Positions 38,336 to 51,915 of a stretch of DNA of 64,000 bases are shown piece by piece. The position numbers and the translations under genes are program-made. This stretch comes from Gekko japonicus (taxonomy: Eukaryota), in contig NW_015167563.1 in the NCBI RefSeq assembly GCF_001447785.1, positions 303,297 to 367,296 on the forward strand, in the 5' to 3' direction. The notes beneath the pieces are model-generated. The model saw only the letters and a program-made list of their open reading frames with translations, was not told the DNA's origin and searched no databases. Numbering within the stretch: position 1 is the stretch's first letter; each line of letters starts with the position of its first letter.

Positions 38336-38700
38336 GCCCCCGTCACACGGGAGGTTTAGCCCCGCAAGAGGGACGGATCGGGGGCACAGCAAATGAGTGC
38401 GATCACACCGCAACATCTGGGAAGCGGCGCCCACCTATCCCCGATCTGTCCCTGAAGGCCGATAACACGGAGCAAAAAAGAACCTACAAAAGAGCAGTAC
38501 CTACCTGAAACGCCGCAGCAAGTGCGGCCATGGGATCGCCGGTGCGCCCATCTTCAGGAGCATTCGAGGCTCCCGGCAGAACTGTGCATGCGCACACATG
38601 TGCAGCTGGGTGCCTCACTCTCCCTTCCGTGGCTTCCCCCCGCCCGGCATCTGATCGTGCCGGGGAGCAACTGCGCGGCGGCTCAGGGGATCTGAGGGAG
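38336..38700. mobile_element. Harbinger-like MITE fragment
   Basis: ggccccgtcacacg terminus; reverse-complement similarity to 27762-28196. Confidence 0.55.
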
Positions 38701-38996
38701 GGAGAGGTTAAACCCTGTCAACTGTGTGGATCAGTTTGGGTCAGGTACTGCCGCCATCTACACTGCATGTCCTAAGTGCCGAAATATTTTAATACCTAGG
38801 ATAAGATCCATATGGAGATGCCTTAAGAGACAAAACACATGATCTGAAGGGTCATGTGGTACAGCTTCTATAGTACTCAGATTAGGCTTCAGATGGGGGA
38901 ATAATAGCATCTTTTAACTGCTCCCGTGTAATAAAAGAAAATTTCAGCATACTGAAAATGAGGATTTTAGGGAGATTTTAGCCTAATGTTCTCTCT

Positions 38997-41261
38997 CTCT
39001 TTTTTTTATTTAAACTTTTATTATCGGGATATTACAATCCATCTTAAACAATCACACATTTTATCAAATAGTTCAAATATCCCATTTTCTATTACACCCC
39101 CATATCCACCCCCTTGCTTGGCTTCCCGCAATGCTTATATCCAGTTATCTATTTACTCTTAACATATTCCATCTTTATTTTTCTGTTAATCACTTTCTTA
39201 AAACTTTTATTTTTTACTCACTATATTCTATATCTTATATCTTATCATCAGGTAACCTCATTCTATTTGACTATAGATTACTTAATTTCTAATACTCTTC
39301 AAAACACAATAAGTTGTTTGTAACATTCCAGTTGGTCTCCAAGTATTGTTTAAAGTCTTTCCATTCTACAAAAAAGTTTTCGTCCTCTTGATTGTTTAGC
39401 TTTCTTGTGATTCTGTCCATTTCAGCCATAAACACAACTTTTTTAATCCAATCCCATTTTTCTGGTATTTTATCTTGTTTCCAATATTGCGCATAAGTCA
39501 TTCTCACAGTAGTAATCAAATACCAAAATAAAGTTCTTTTGGTAACATTCAATTCTTCCATTTTCAAACCCAACAGCATTATTTCAGGCTCTTTTTTAAA
39601 AGTACATTTTAAAATACACTGCATTTCATTATGGACCTCCGTCCAAAAGTTATTCGCTTTTTCGCAACTCCACCACATATGATAAAATGAACCTTCCTGT
39701 TTCTTACATTTCCAACATTTACTAGACATATTATCATTCATATTTGCAATCTTTTTCGGTGTCATATACCATCTATACATCATTTTAAAACAATTCTCCC
39801 TTAAATTATTACAAGTCAAAATTTTAATGGATTTTTTCCACAACCACTCCCATGATGACATTGTAATTTCTTTGTTCATATTAACTGCCCATTTTAGCAT
39901 TTGCTCTTTTACTGTTTCATCCTCAGTATACCATGTTAACAAAATCTTGTAAATCTTAGATATCATTTTACTCCCATTTTCCTCCCATACCCCCTCCATC
40001 TCATTATTTTTCTCTCTAAAACCATATTTTTTCTTGTCACTCTCATATAAGTAATAGATCTGCCAGTAATTGAACCAGTCATATTCAAAGTCTAATTCTT
40101 CTTTCTTCTTTATTTCAAAATTCTTTCCTTCTTTTTTCAAAATGTCTCTATACATAAGCCAATCTTCACCTTTTTGTTTTGAAAGTGGATTTATAACTTC
40201 CGCCGGTACAATCCAAAGTGGTCTCTCTCCGAAGAAATTTTTTTTATATTTATTCCATGTGTCAAATAACGATCTTCTTATGTAATGGTGTTTAAAAAGA
40301 TTGTCCATTTTTTCTTTACCATACCATAAATATGCATGCCATCCAAATCTACAATTAAATCCTTCTAATGCCAATATTTTACTGTTGTCTAAACTTATCC
40401 ATTGTTTTATCCACGTTAGGCATACTGCCTCATGATAAAGCCTCAGATTCGGTAATTGTAATCCTCTTTCTTTTGCATCGCATAGAATCTTCCTTTTGAT
40501 CCTCAGTTTTCGTCCCGCCCACACGAATCTCGATATTTCCTTTTGCCACATGTTAAATGTCTTTACTTCTTTTACAATCGGTATTGTTTGAAACAAAAAC
40601 ATTAAACGGGGCAGGATATTCATTTTCACTGCTGCTATTCTCCCCAGCAATGACAGATTTAAGGTGTCCCATTTTTAAATGTCTTGTTGTATTTCATTCC
40701 ATAACTCTTCATAATTATTTTTTTTAAAAGGTCAATATTCTTCATTATTAATTCAATTCCTAGCTACTTTACTTTCTTTACAACCTCACATTTTATTTTT
40801 TCTTGTAACTTTGTTTGCCTTTCTTTTGTCATATTTTTACAGAGCATCTTAGTCTTATTTTTATTAACATAAAATCCAGCCAAATCTCCAAATTCATTTA
40901 TTGTTTCCATTAACACCGACATGTTAGCCATTGGTTCTTCTATTACAAACATCACATCGTCTGCAAAGACCCTATACTTATAGTTTTTCTTGTAACTTTG
41001 TTTGCCTTTCTTTTGTCATATTTTTACAGAGCATCTTAGTCTTATTTTTATTAACATAAAATCCAGCCAAATCTCCAAATTCATTTATTGTTTCCATTAA
41101 CACCGACATGTTAGCCATTGGTTCTTCTATTACAAACATCACATCGTCTGCAAAGACCCTATACTTATAGGAAAAATTTCTTATCTTCAATCCTATAATG
41201 TTGTTATCTTCTCTTACCTTCGTCAGCAGAATTTCCAAAATCCATATAAACAACAATTGTC
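38997..41261 (-). mobile_element. 5'-truncated L1/Tx1 LINE ORF2
   Basis: FADDV RT motif, 453-aa ORF with CWKC...YHMWWSC; 16-bp TSD gcctaatgttctctct (38981-38996, 41262-41277). Confidence 0.92.
40797..41170. repeat. Apparently identical 187-bp tandem duplication within the L1
   Basis: Identical translated segment in ORFs 40764..40955 and 40978..41256; 187-bp offset. Confidence 0.9.
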
Positions 41262-41414
41262 GCCTAATGTTCTCTCTTGATCTGCCAGTTTTCCATATGG
41301 GAAAACTTTCTTAAATGGGGCTGTGGGGTGCGTGGGTAGCCATTGAATCACATCCTCCCCCACCCTAATCTAAATGTTTTTTTTTGGGGGGGAGTTGTTG
41401 CACAATATGACTTG

Positions 41415-41630
41415 CCTGACCTGGATAGCCCAAGCTAGCTGGATCTCATCAGATCTCAGAAGTTAAGCAGGGGCAGCCCTGACCAGTATTTGGATGGGAG
41501 ACCTCCAAGGAATACCAGGGTCATGACTTGGAAGCAGGCAATGACAAAACGCCTCTGAATATCTCTTGCCTTGTAAACCCTATGGGGTTGCCATAAGTCA
41601 GCTGTGACTTGATGGCACTTTCCACCACCA
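41415..41630 (+). mobile_element. 5S rRNA-derived SINE with BovB/Sauria-type tail
   Basis: gatctcatcagatctcagaagttaagcaggg...ttggatgggagacc..ggaatacc; ggggttgccataagtcag tail. Confidence 0.8.
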
Positions 41631-42520
41631 CAGTGTAACTCTTCTGTATATTTCAGCTCTAATGCAATGTTTTGTACACTTAGGAGGAAGTAACTCTACT
41701 TATCTCAATGGGATTTACTTCCGTTTAAATTTAGGATTGGACTGAGTGTCTCATTGCAGAAAGCTGTTTCCAGTTCACATAGTTCTTGACGTAATCCTTC
41801 ATATTGGGGAAAACGAATCCAAAGCACATTGACGGCACTTCCATTTGAACTTTTCCTTAGTCACAGCACACTTGTGGATAGCATACCTTAGTGATGGTGT
41901 GGACTTTGATACAGCCATTAAATGCAGTGAAGATATACAGACTATATGGCATTTAAGTGATGTTTGCTTAATTATTCATAATAGGAAATCATTCTTAATA
42001 CCAGCTGGTTGATATACACAGACAATGAAAAAACAAGTAACAGAGATATGCTAGAACCTTTGCTCACTAAACAGAGGAGCTATATCTACTTGTTTTTTCA
42101 TCCCACTCATGAAATAGCCAAATGCTTCTTTTTAAAGTCAAAGGCCAGTTAATTTGTTCAGAGCCATTTTATGGAGTAACCATGAAATTCAGTTGTAATG
42201 ACAAAGAATATCACCAACAGAGTAACACCCTTTCATTATTTACACAGTCTGCCATTCCAGAGGCTCATAGCATGTACTATTTAGGAACAAAGCTATTTTA
42301 TTCTTTATTATTTGCAACATTAAAAGAAAGTTCTGAAATGAAATTATTATTTTATTATTGCGTACCTGGTATTCTCATAGTACTTGTAAAAGTAGGTTTA
42401 CACAATTTTAGGAAGTTCTTTCAAGACATTTGCTATCTTTTTTATTTCATCAAAAACTGAATCATTGGGAAGTTTTTCAGTGGACTCAGAAATTTAAAAG
42501 AGAGATTTCTGTATTACTTA

Positions 42521-42938
42521 GGCCCTGGTCACATGGAATGATTTGCCCCGCAAAATGGACGGGTTGAAGGCGCATCAAATGGGTGCAATCATACCGCAAC
42601 ATCTTGGAAGCATCCCGTCCCCGATCCATCCCTTTGGCCCGAAAACGCGCATTGAAAAGGTACCGGCAACAGAGCACTACCTTCCGGATGACGCGTGGCA
42701 ACTCCAGGCATCTGATCAGGGAAGCGCTGGTAGCCCATCGCAGCCAGCGCTGTTCCCCGTCCCACACATGCGCAGAAACGTGCAACGTCCGTTTTGCCAC
42801 ACTACGTGTGATCGCCTGCCGAAGGCCGGAGCACGGAACCACAGGGGCACGTCGGATCACGCTACCATGGTTCTTTTTGCTCCGGCTCTAATTTGCCTCC
42901 CTTCAGCGGCGCAGTATCCCGCTCATGTGACAGGGACC
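42521..42938. mobile_element. PIF/Harbinger-like MITE
   Basis: TIRs ggccctggtcacatg / catgtgacagggacc; TTA TSD. Confidence 0.8.
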
Positions 42939-43464
42939 TTAGATGATTTGATGGATAGCAACAGATCATATAATCAAGTTTTTAATTTCCACCTTTATGC
43001 AACTCCCTGACAAGCAAAATGGGATGACAAATGTTTTGTGTGCCACAACTGAGTCACTACTGCCAAATCCCTGCAAAGCAGGAGGGGAGTTTTAAATTGC
43101 TGTATGGCCAGGCAAGAGTGGGGGGAGTAGGTTATACTCCAACCACCAGCTCTTCCCCACTGCCCCCAGTTTTTATGCTTTTCAGGGTGGGATGAGAATG
43201 TATGAGATGCTCTTTGTCTTCCAATAGGGCTCTATGACCAGAAATAACCCTTTCTGGGAGAAAAATGGGTGGAAGAATAGTTCAGCTTTCTTCGTTTCAG
43301 TGTTAAAGCAAAGTTTATTGCTCTGTCCAAGGTTTTCACAATATCCTGTGTAGTTATCTGTTTTTCTAATTCTGATTACTTGTTAAATTGGACTACGTGC
43401 TTCAGAACACAAAGGTGTTTAAAGGACCATCTGTCTTGTATATTTTTAGGCCAACCCTACAGTA

Positions 43465-45680
43465 GTTTAGTTTAGTTTTGTTTCAGTTTTTTTAAGGTTT
43501 AGTAGCCCATAGGCCATACACCATTTTTAAAAATTAGGAATTTAAAAGAACAGTAAAACAGAAATTTGCCACATTCACGATGCAATTTTGGCAGAGGCTG
43601 CTCAGAAATAGTCTTAATCTTGATGCATCAGGAAAAGATGAATATTTCGACAGACATTTTCTTAAGAACCTTTCTCTTGCTGTTGCATGTTTTGGACAAT
43701 AGAAGAAAACATGACACAGCGAGTCAAGTTTTATCAGAGGACAGTCACAATAGTGCTGGTCCAGAGGGGTCTTGAGAAAATGGCCCTTCATCTGGGCTCT
43801 TGGAAATGCATTGCAGTGTGCAATCATATATGACCGCCTCAATTTTGGAATGGTCAACATGTTTAAGCAGAGAGGCAGGTCAAATTTAGTGGAATATTTA
43901 ATTCCTAGATGAAGTGGGGAGCATTTTCATCTAGCATCTGTTTGAAGGGCATCCCAATCATTTTGGAGCAACTTTTCTGTGAGTAGCGTTTGTCTTCTTT
44001 TAGTTAAATTCTCTGTCTTCCTTAAGCCCAGTTGTCTTATTTTCGCATCTACAGCATCATTCCATTTTGACCAGCAATGTTCATGTTCTGTCAGTATGGT
44101 AAAGGTTGGAAGGCTTTCAGCATTTAACAGTCGATATTTGTAACTAACTATGGCCCTCCAGATCAGAGTTGAGATTCTTGGGAGGCCTAACTCAAGCCTT
44201 ACAACTGCAGAAGCGATGCATGGTGGTAAAGTTAATAATTTACGGAAGAAGGCTTGCTGTAGTTTTTCGAGTTGCTCTGTTGAACCTAAGAACCAGATTT
44301 GGGAAACGTATAGTATGTGCAGTAGTATTAAGGTCTTAGATGCTTTCAGGAGCGCTGGCACATATTGTGTTCCTTGGATGTAGAAAAACGTCTTCAAGGC
44401 TAGTAAGGCTAGGTCAGCTTTCTGTTTAAGATATTAAATGTGCTTGAACCATGATAGGTTTGGCTGGAAAACAATTCCTAGATATCTGAATTCATTGACC
44501 TGTTGTAATTTGTACCTTCCTATTTTCCATCTTTTTTTTTCTATCTTCTTGTTGATTTTGTGAAAACCATAATTTTGGACTTATCCTCATTTATCTCCAA
44601 TAGCTCTTCATTACAGTAGGAAATAAATGCATTAATGGCACATTTTAGGCCAATCAGAGTTCTCGATAATAAGACAAGGTCATCAGCATACAGCAGGGCA
44701 GGCACTGGTCGGTTTCCCACACATGGTGCATGAGTGGGTATGTTTTGCAAACCTGGGACGAAGTCGTTTAGATATAAATTGAATAGATGTGGTGCAAGAA
44801 CACATCCTTCATGAACACCTCTTTGGGTAGATATAGGGTTGGATAACTGCCCCCATTGTTTATTTTAACACGCAGTGAGTTTCCTGAATAAAGATTCATT
44901 ATTAACTTCAATAATCTTTTAGGCAGGCTTGTAGTATTTAGTTTGTTCCATAGGCGTGTGTGCGACACAGAGTCAAAGGCAGCCCTTGGATCAATGAAGG
45001 CTGCGTATAAGGAGCCTGGTGCATCTAGTGCATATTTGCTTGTCAGCGAGGCCAGTGTGAAACAATCATCTACACAAGAGTAGCCCTTTCTGAAGCCTGC
45101 TTCTTTGTCACCTAGTTTCTTCTCTTCGTCTATCCAGCACTACAGCTTTTTCTGTAGCTAAGATGTGTAGATCTTGCCAATCACTGCGAGAAGGCTAATT
45201 GGTCGGTAGTTATTTGGGTCAGCTTCGTCTCCTTTTTTGTATATAGGAGTGACCAGTGATGTTTTCCATGAATCTGGAATGATTCCGTCCTTATTAATGA
45301 GTATAAATATGGGTTCAAGCACTTGAGCCCACCAGTCAGGAGCTATTTTTAGTAGTTCTGCAGGAAATGCATCAAGACCAGGAGATTTTCTCAGTTTTAA
45401 ATTTTTAATCAATTTAATTATCTCAGGACATGTGACAGGTTTCCATTTTGGAGTTTGTTTAAGGTTGATTTCAAAGGTTAGGTCTGGTTCAAGGTTATGC
45501 TTCCTATAAAGCTTTTCGAAATTCTTTTCCCAGACTGTTGCTGATATGGGAGTTGCAGTGTTTCTTCTTGGCTTCAGCACTGGAGTAATTAGGTGCCAGA
45601 GAGAAGTACTAGGTTTCTCTTTAGCAGCTGTGATTATCTTATCCCATAGTAATATTCATGACTTTTCTGACTGTCACATA
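43465..45680 (-). mobile_element. Non-LTR retrotransposon ORF2 remnant (RTE-X-like)
   Basis: KSPGLD, NYRPISLL, FIDPRAAFDSV, LLYADDLVLLS, C-terminal CDC...H....C; (ACTAA)n-like tail. Confidence 0.75.
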
Positions 45681-46560
45681 CCTTTTAGTATGTACTGACT
45701 GCAACCGCACAACGTGAAGGAGAAATGCTTTGGCCAATGCTTTCGCCGTGGGCAGGGAAGCAAACGGAATGAAATGGGCTTGCTTGGAAAACAAGTCCAC
45801 CACCACCCAAATAACAGTCATCAATTTACTTAGTGGAAGATCTGTAATGAAATCCATGGAAATTACTTCCCAGGGCCTGCTCAGGGTAGGAAGGGGGTGT
45901 AACACCCCCGGGGGGTTTCCCCGGTCGAGGCTTACTCATGGCACAGATCTGGCAGGATTTTACAAAAGAGGATAAATCCTTTCGCATTTGCGGCCACCAA
46001 AACTGCTGTTGCAAGAGCTGAAGGGACTTAACGAAATCCGGGTATCCTGACAGTTTAGAGCCATGCACAGCTTGTAACACTTTTCCCTTGAGGGAAAGGG
46101 GAACTAACAGTTTATGCCCTCGATACCAACAGCCGTCTGCCCTTAGCTTGAAATCCCCTTCTGCTTCAAGAACCACTTTGTTGCCCTCTGAGAAGGCGGA
46201 GGCGAACTTACTGTGCCAAGTCCCCCCCCCCCTGGGAAGGTCTGTGTCCCACGTCACAGGGGGTGGAGAGGTGGGGTGTGTCTGGCTGCGGGTCGTCACC
46301 ACTCCGCCCAGATGAGAAGGCATGAACACCGAGTCCAAAATCACCTCCCGTTGGCTATCGTGTTGGGGTAGGCGTGACAGGGCGTCAGGCAAAGAGCTCA
46401 TGGAGCCGGGGAAGTGGTGCAGGGTGTATTGGAATTTGGAAAAGAAATCTGCCCACCTTAGCTGTTTAGCATTAAGACACCGGGGTGTTTTGAGCGTTTC
46501 CAAGTTCTTATGATCAGTCCACACCTCGAACGGGACTCGTGCCCCCTCCAACCAATGTCT
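45680..46560 (-). mobile_element. Gypsy (chromovirus/Tf2-like) pol fragment: RNase H and integrase
   Basis: RHWLEGA..PFEVWTDHKNLE, DALSR, FWWPQM...CQIC, WEVISMDFITDLP, VVVDLFSKQAHFIP. Confidence 0.85.
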
Positions 46561-46574
46561 CCCTGTGGATAAGG

Positions 46575-46845
46575 CGAGTTTGGTGTAGTGGTTAGGAGCG
46601 CAGACTCTAATCTGGGAGAACCAGGTTTGATTCCCCACGTCTCCACATGCAGCTGCTGGGTGATCTTGGGCAAGCCACAGTTCTCTCAGAGCTGTTATCT
46701 CAAGAGCAGTTCTCAAAGAGCTCTCTCAGTCCCTCCTACCTCACAGGGTGTCTGTTGTGGGGAGAGGAAGGGAAGGAGATAGTAAGCCACTCTGAGACTC
46801 CAAGTGAAGGGTGGGGTATAAATCCAATCTCTTCTTCTTTTCTTC
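46575..46845 (+). mobile_element. tRNA-derived SINE with L2-like tail
   Basis: A box tggtgtagtgg, B box ggtttgattcc, (CTT)n end; second copy at 61740-61987. Confidence 0.8.
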
Positions 46846-47579
46846 AGAGAATGGTGGAGCTGATCTGGAAGTGCCCTCCTTGCAACCAGGGCTCTTCCTC
46901 TCCAGGGGTCAAACTTTTCAACAACAAAGAGAGCACTGTTCCTTTGTAGTGGAAGGCAACTAAGCATGGTACCAATAGCCTACCCACCCCCCAGGCCAAG
47001 GAGACTTCTCTCTCAGTTCCCAGAGCAGTTTTTCACTTTCAAACAAAGCTTCCCTTTTAAGTCATAAGTTAATAGGCAAGCTGGCTCTCAGAAGCATGCA
47101 GGAGGGACAAGGGGAGCTAGCATTTGTTCTGTCCAGTACAGGCTTCTGTCATTCCATGGGATCACACCATGGCTGAAAGACATGCCGTGAACTCTCTTTT
47201 TCTATTACACTCTTCTACTCCTGAAAAGATGGATTTGTTTTTACCTTTTTGTGGAAAGACTGTGGAGGTTTTGGGGTTTTTTTGGAGGGGGGTTTCAAAA
47301 TTTTATTTAATTAAAACAATACAAACATGCATACCGAAAGATATACTACATTGTGTTTTCAATCAATTTCAACTCAGTATCTGTACGTTGCACATAACTA
47401 GCCTTATACTCAGTCTAATCTACTTTTCACATCTAATACCTATATGATGAGAGCTCAGACTAAACAACTCTGAATCAAAAATGTATCCATTCCAAATAGT
47501 TACGGTTTGAGGGGGTTTTATCACTACACTCAACATGAAATATTGCTCAGTGTGCTCAGAATACTGATGTTTACAGAGT

Positions 47580-47830
47580 AGGGCTCCACATTCTTGAAGA
47601 GCCGCCTCTCCCCATATGAGCCCAAGGGGGACCTTCCAATCTTCCCATGAGGACCTGCTTTCTGCTCCCTCTTTAAGCGGGGTTGAGGCAGCCTCAGACT
47701 GGGTAAGAATCTTTTCTGTGTCAGCTCCATCTCAATGGAATTGGCTGCCAAGTACCATCCCTTCAGATGGAGGAAGGCAAAGCTCCTTGGTTCTCTTAAT
47801 GGTTTTTAGGATGTCTGTTTTAATTATTTA
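47580..47830 (+). mobile_element. L2 3' fragment
   Basis: LKSRLSPY...FSVSAPSQWNWLP. Confidence 0.55.
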
Positions 47831-49103
47831 TTATATTTGTGCATGTATGTCAAGCTTATTTTAGGAAAAGCTCTATATATGTAAGTGTGAGAGAGAATGA
47901 GAACCAGCGTCATAATTGTGATTACAGTCTTAAAGGAGAGTTATGCTGAAATTCCTACGCTGCCATATAGCCTATTGTGCCAGTCAGCCTCCCTCACTAT
48001 TAGGGAAAGGAGGAGACTCTGAGCTCCTGGAGAAAGAGTGGAATAAAGATAAATAAAATATTAGAGCTGAAAGTAACACTGAAATGTCATTTACTTCACT
48101 TATTTTGGAAAAGAATTGTGATATAGAAGGCTTGAACCACCAATGCAATGAGACTTCTTTGGGTGCATCTGTGAAATAGGAATGGGCTATAGCAGGACCT
48201 GCAATTGCCAGGCAAGGTGGACGTGTGGATTAGCCAGGCTTGGAACAAATATTAGGAACCTGGTCTTCTACTTTTGGCTGTTCAACAGAGCAGTACCTTC
48301 TCTTTGATGCATTCTTCCAACTTAGGCAACTGATCATGACTTAGAATGGGCCCCCTCCAGGTCTAGATTTCAATGCCTCAGCCAAGTGTTGATACATTTT
48401 CTGTATAGTTAGTAGCTTTTGTAATCAATAGTTGGAAGCAATCATCATAGGTTTGGTGTAATGCTATGACAACAGTGAAGCTCTGCATTTAGCAATGTTT
48501 CAGAGACTTTTCTTTTGATCTCCACTCTCTAGATATATGTTTTATGCTACTAGGAATTAAGTTTTTTTTCTAAATTAAGTCACCCTGTATAATAACCTTG
48601 AGATGCTCATGAAGAACATTTCTGTATGCCATAGAATGCTATAGAGTGGAGTTATCTCATGCCCAAGCCAGAGAGACATTTCTGGCATTAGGAAGAAGGA
48701 ATCATAGATGTGAATTCTGTCTGCATAAATTCTTATTTTTGGGGAAAGTCATGGTGAGCTATAATCACAAGTGAAATAACTACGTAGACTCCCTTTGAGC
48801 ATTTGAGAATTCATAGTAAATCTTTTAGGGGGTTGCTTTTAAAAAAAAAACATTTACACAGTATGAAGCCATTTCAATGATCTGGAAAGTGACTGATTTT
48901 TCATACAACTTTGTTGCTTGCAGGCAGGTCTCTCAGTGGGCTACCAACACTTCCAGATGAGAAAAAAAGGTGATGTAACCAATCAATACACTTTAATTGC
49001 CCAAGAATGCTCCAGGACAGGAGGCTAAATATTCTTAATCATACTTCCCCAGTATTGTTGTTCTGCCCTTGAAGGCAAGGAGTTATAAACTCCATGATAC
49101 TCT

Positions 49104-49305
49104 ATTAGTTGCTGTAGATTTTCCGTGTTGTGTGGCCACGGTCTTGGCATTGTAGGACCTGACGTTTCGCCAGTAGCTGTGACTAGCATCCTCAGAGGCA
49201 TAACACAGAAAGATGGAGTACTCTCTGTGTCAAGGTGAGAAGAAAAACGGTAGGCAGGTAATTTATATCTACTCAGGAAGGTATGGCTGAGTCATTATCT
49301 TGTAG
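49104..49305 (-). mobile_element. Penelope pseudo-LTR with intact hammerhead
   Basis: cct-CTGAGGA-tgctag...ctggc-GAAA-cgTC-agg at ~49158-49198; homologous to 12198-12405. Confidence 0.8.
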
Positions 49306-50784
49306 GAACCCAGTGGCAATGAGCCCAGTGTCTCACGTACTCTCACCCCTCCTTCTGTCTCTACTACCTTGAGAAATGGTGTTGCATGATGTGGAAGAGG
49401 GAAATGGAAAACAAGGTTTGCTGGGAAAGCAACCAATAGATGCCAACAATCAAATGAATATATGAGACAAAGCAAGCTAGGCAAAATGTTCTCAATCAGA
49501 AAGTTACCTTAATGAGAGCATATAGAACTACACTGGGGTGGGAGGATTCTTCTGCCGCTTTTCCTAAGCCTGTCCTACTGCTGTAGCCCCAATAGGACCC
49601 TTGGTTCCATGGGTAAAGTCTGGTAGGAGGAGAGGGGACAAATCATGGGTTAGACCTCTTAAGAGACTATAAAGGTCTAATAATCATGAATCCATTTTTC
49701 CATGGGCTTCTGTGACTATGGTTATCTGGAGTGGGAGACTTGGGTTCTAGTTCTTTTCCATATACAATTATTGTTACTTACAGGACATCCAAAAGGTTAG
49801 CTTTGCATTGTGAAGGTCACAGCTTCTTCTGTACATGGGAATGAAATCCACCTTTCCTGTATCCCATTGCAATGTTCTTCACTGAGCTACAAACCAGGTC
49901 ATGGCTGCACTGTTGCAATTTCTTCTCTTCCTTGCAGAATGCAGATTACCATCACAGATGCCAATTCAAATGTACTGTGTGCAGCTTCCCAGATGTTGCT
50001 TTTGCAGCCAGCACAGTGCGACTTGAACTTTTCTTCACAGATCCCTATAGCCCTTGATTCAGATTTCCTGGCTCCTGGGATCTGAAGGCCTGCAATGAAG
50101 GATGGTCTACGCATTATTCAGCCCATTTGTGCATTGTATGTAGAAGAGGATGAGGGATGGGTTCCTTGAAGTCATCCTAGTATATCTTTACTGATTAATG
50201 CCTTCCTTGCTGGCCTACTGTGGGGGCTTTGCTGATCAGAGACCATCAACATAGTTGCCAGGAGCACTGCAGGACTCTTGGTTTTGTTATGTTAGCTTTT
50301 GTTTCTACTGCTGCTCTTTTGTGGCCGAAGCTGAAGGGGGGCTCTTTTAACCACTACAAAGGCGGGACTGTGAGGAGCTATTGGAAGTTCTTTCAGTCCA
50401 GAGTCAAGGAGGATACTCCTCTCTCCGTGGAACTAGCTGACACAGAAGGGCAGGAGAATGGAGAGTCGCAATAGGAGGAGGTGACCCCTCCCCTGTTCAG
50501 TCTGAGGCCTCTGCAAGGGTGGAGGGTGAACTTGACGTGCCCTCTGGTGGCCTCATGTCTGAGGAAGTGGGTGTGCAGCACCTTTGCTCAACTACCTGTC
50601 TGCCATGGATTATTGGATGGACTTTCCTTTGTACTGCTAGCACCAGCCCACCTCCTCAACATTGTGCTTTGGTTTTTCTGCTGGAGGAAGCATAGGATCA
50701 TGGCATGGCAGTCGCTTGCTTAGCAGGACCATGGTACTGGGCTTTCAGAAGATCAATACTATCTTCCCAAGTAAGAATTTGATT

Positions 50785-50960
50785 TAAAAATAGAGAGCAT
50801 GTTTATCAGATTTGTGGATGAAAATAAAACTGGTAGGGAGTGCATATGTTTTATTGGACTGACTAAATTAATCAATGTGATCTTAATAAACCAGAGAGCT
50901 TGCCAGATAGCAAGAAAATTGAATTCTACCATGGCAGATATGAAGTACTACATATAGGAA
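50785..50960 (+). mobile_element. Old CR1 RT fragment
   Basis: FIRFVDENK resembles the KFADDTK RT motif; later aagtactacatatagg (KVLH.G). Confidence 0.4.
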
Positions 50961-51287
50961 AGCGGAGCCCTGACACAATTTTACCATAGGTAATAACCAG
51001 GCAAAGTAACAGGACACATACCATCAATAATATAACAATGCAGTGGTATCAATTAGCAGGAACAATAATGATGATGACAATGATACATTATAAAGTGCCT
51101 CAAAACTAGACACTGTATGATGATTTACAGTGAGCAAGACAGGAAGAGTAACAGTGCTCTAGTCCACATTTAAAACATATCAGAGAAGAACAAAAGTAAT
51201 AAATAATGATTTGAGAGCAATTCAGATAATACGGATACATCCTTTCCCCCCATCCTGACACTGTGTAATTATTATCTTAATGGCTGC

Positions 51288-51289
<2 letters not shown>

Positions 51290-51318
<29 letters not shown>
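51290..51318. repeat. (CA)n microsatellite
   Basis: Direct observation. Confidence 0.9.
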
Positions 51319-51321
<3 letters not shown>

Positions 51322-51915
51322 TGTCGACTGAATTCTCACTTAACACATGATGTAGTAATGCATAACCTGCAAAGCAGACCTTTTTTGTCATACCTGTGAT
51401 TGTTTATTCAGACACGCGAGCCACCACTTGATGTAATTATCCAGTGATAAACCTGCATGTGTGAATAAGACACTCAAACCAATAGAATGTAAGGAAATAA
51501 AGAAATATGCTTTTAATGGGGCTTAGGCACGGTTAACTTTCACTTGAATGTGTTTTCGGTATTTATATAGCAATTTCTTAAGTGCTCAATATAATCCATA
51601 TGCATTATCTCAGTAACGTAAAGTAGACCTGGTATTATTATCTCTGTATTTATTCTAAGGATGAGAAACAGTCCATTATCAAGGTGAGATTTTATCCAGT
51701 TCATGCTGTGAATTAAATTCTAGATACCAAATGGTATAAGAGAACCTGGATAGCCAAGAAAAATGAAAATATGAAATGGATACATGAAAATAACTATTGG
51801 AGGCTGACCAGTTCCTAGATAATTAAACCGTTTTGGAAGGGTGGATGTGTATCCACATTGATATATCTGTAATCTATTTTGCTAAAGAAAAGATTCCAGG
51901 ACAGATGTGACCAAA

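Noticed and set aside
41415-41520. Functional 5S rRNA gene
   Set aside because: Diverged and fused to a LINE-derived tail, so a SINE
46575-46650. tRNA gene
   Set aside because: A and B boxes only, as the head of a SINE
49810-50114. Candidate exon
   Set aside because: Only short frames with no domain or consistent splice signals
50300-50740. Second YR-element or LTR fragment
   Set aside because: GC-rich, but no termini, TSD or coding motif found
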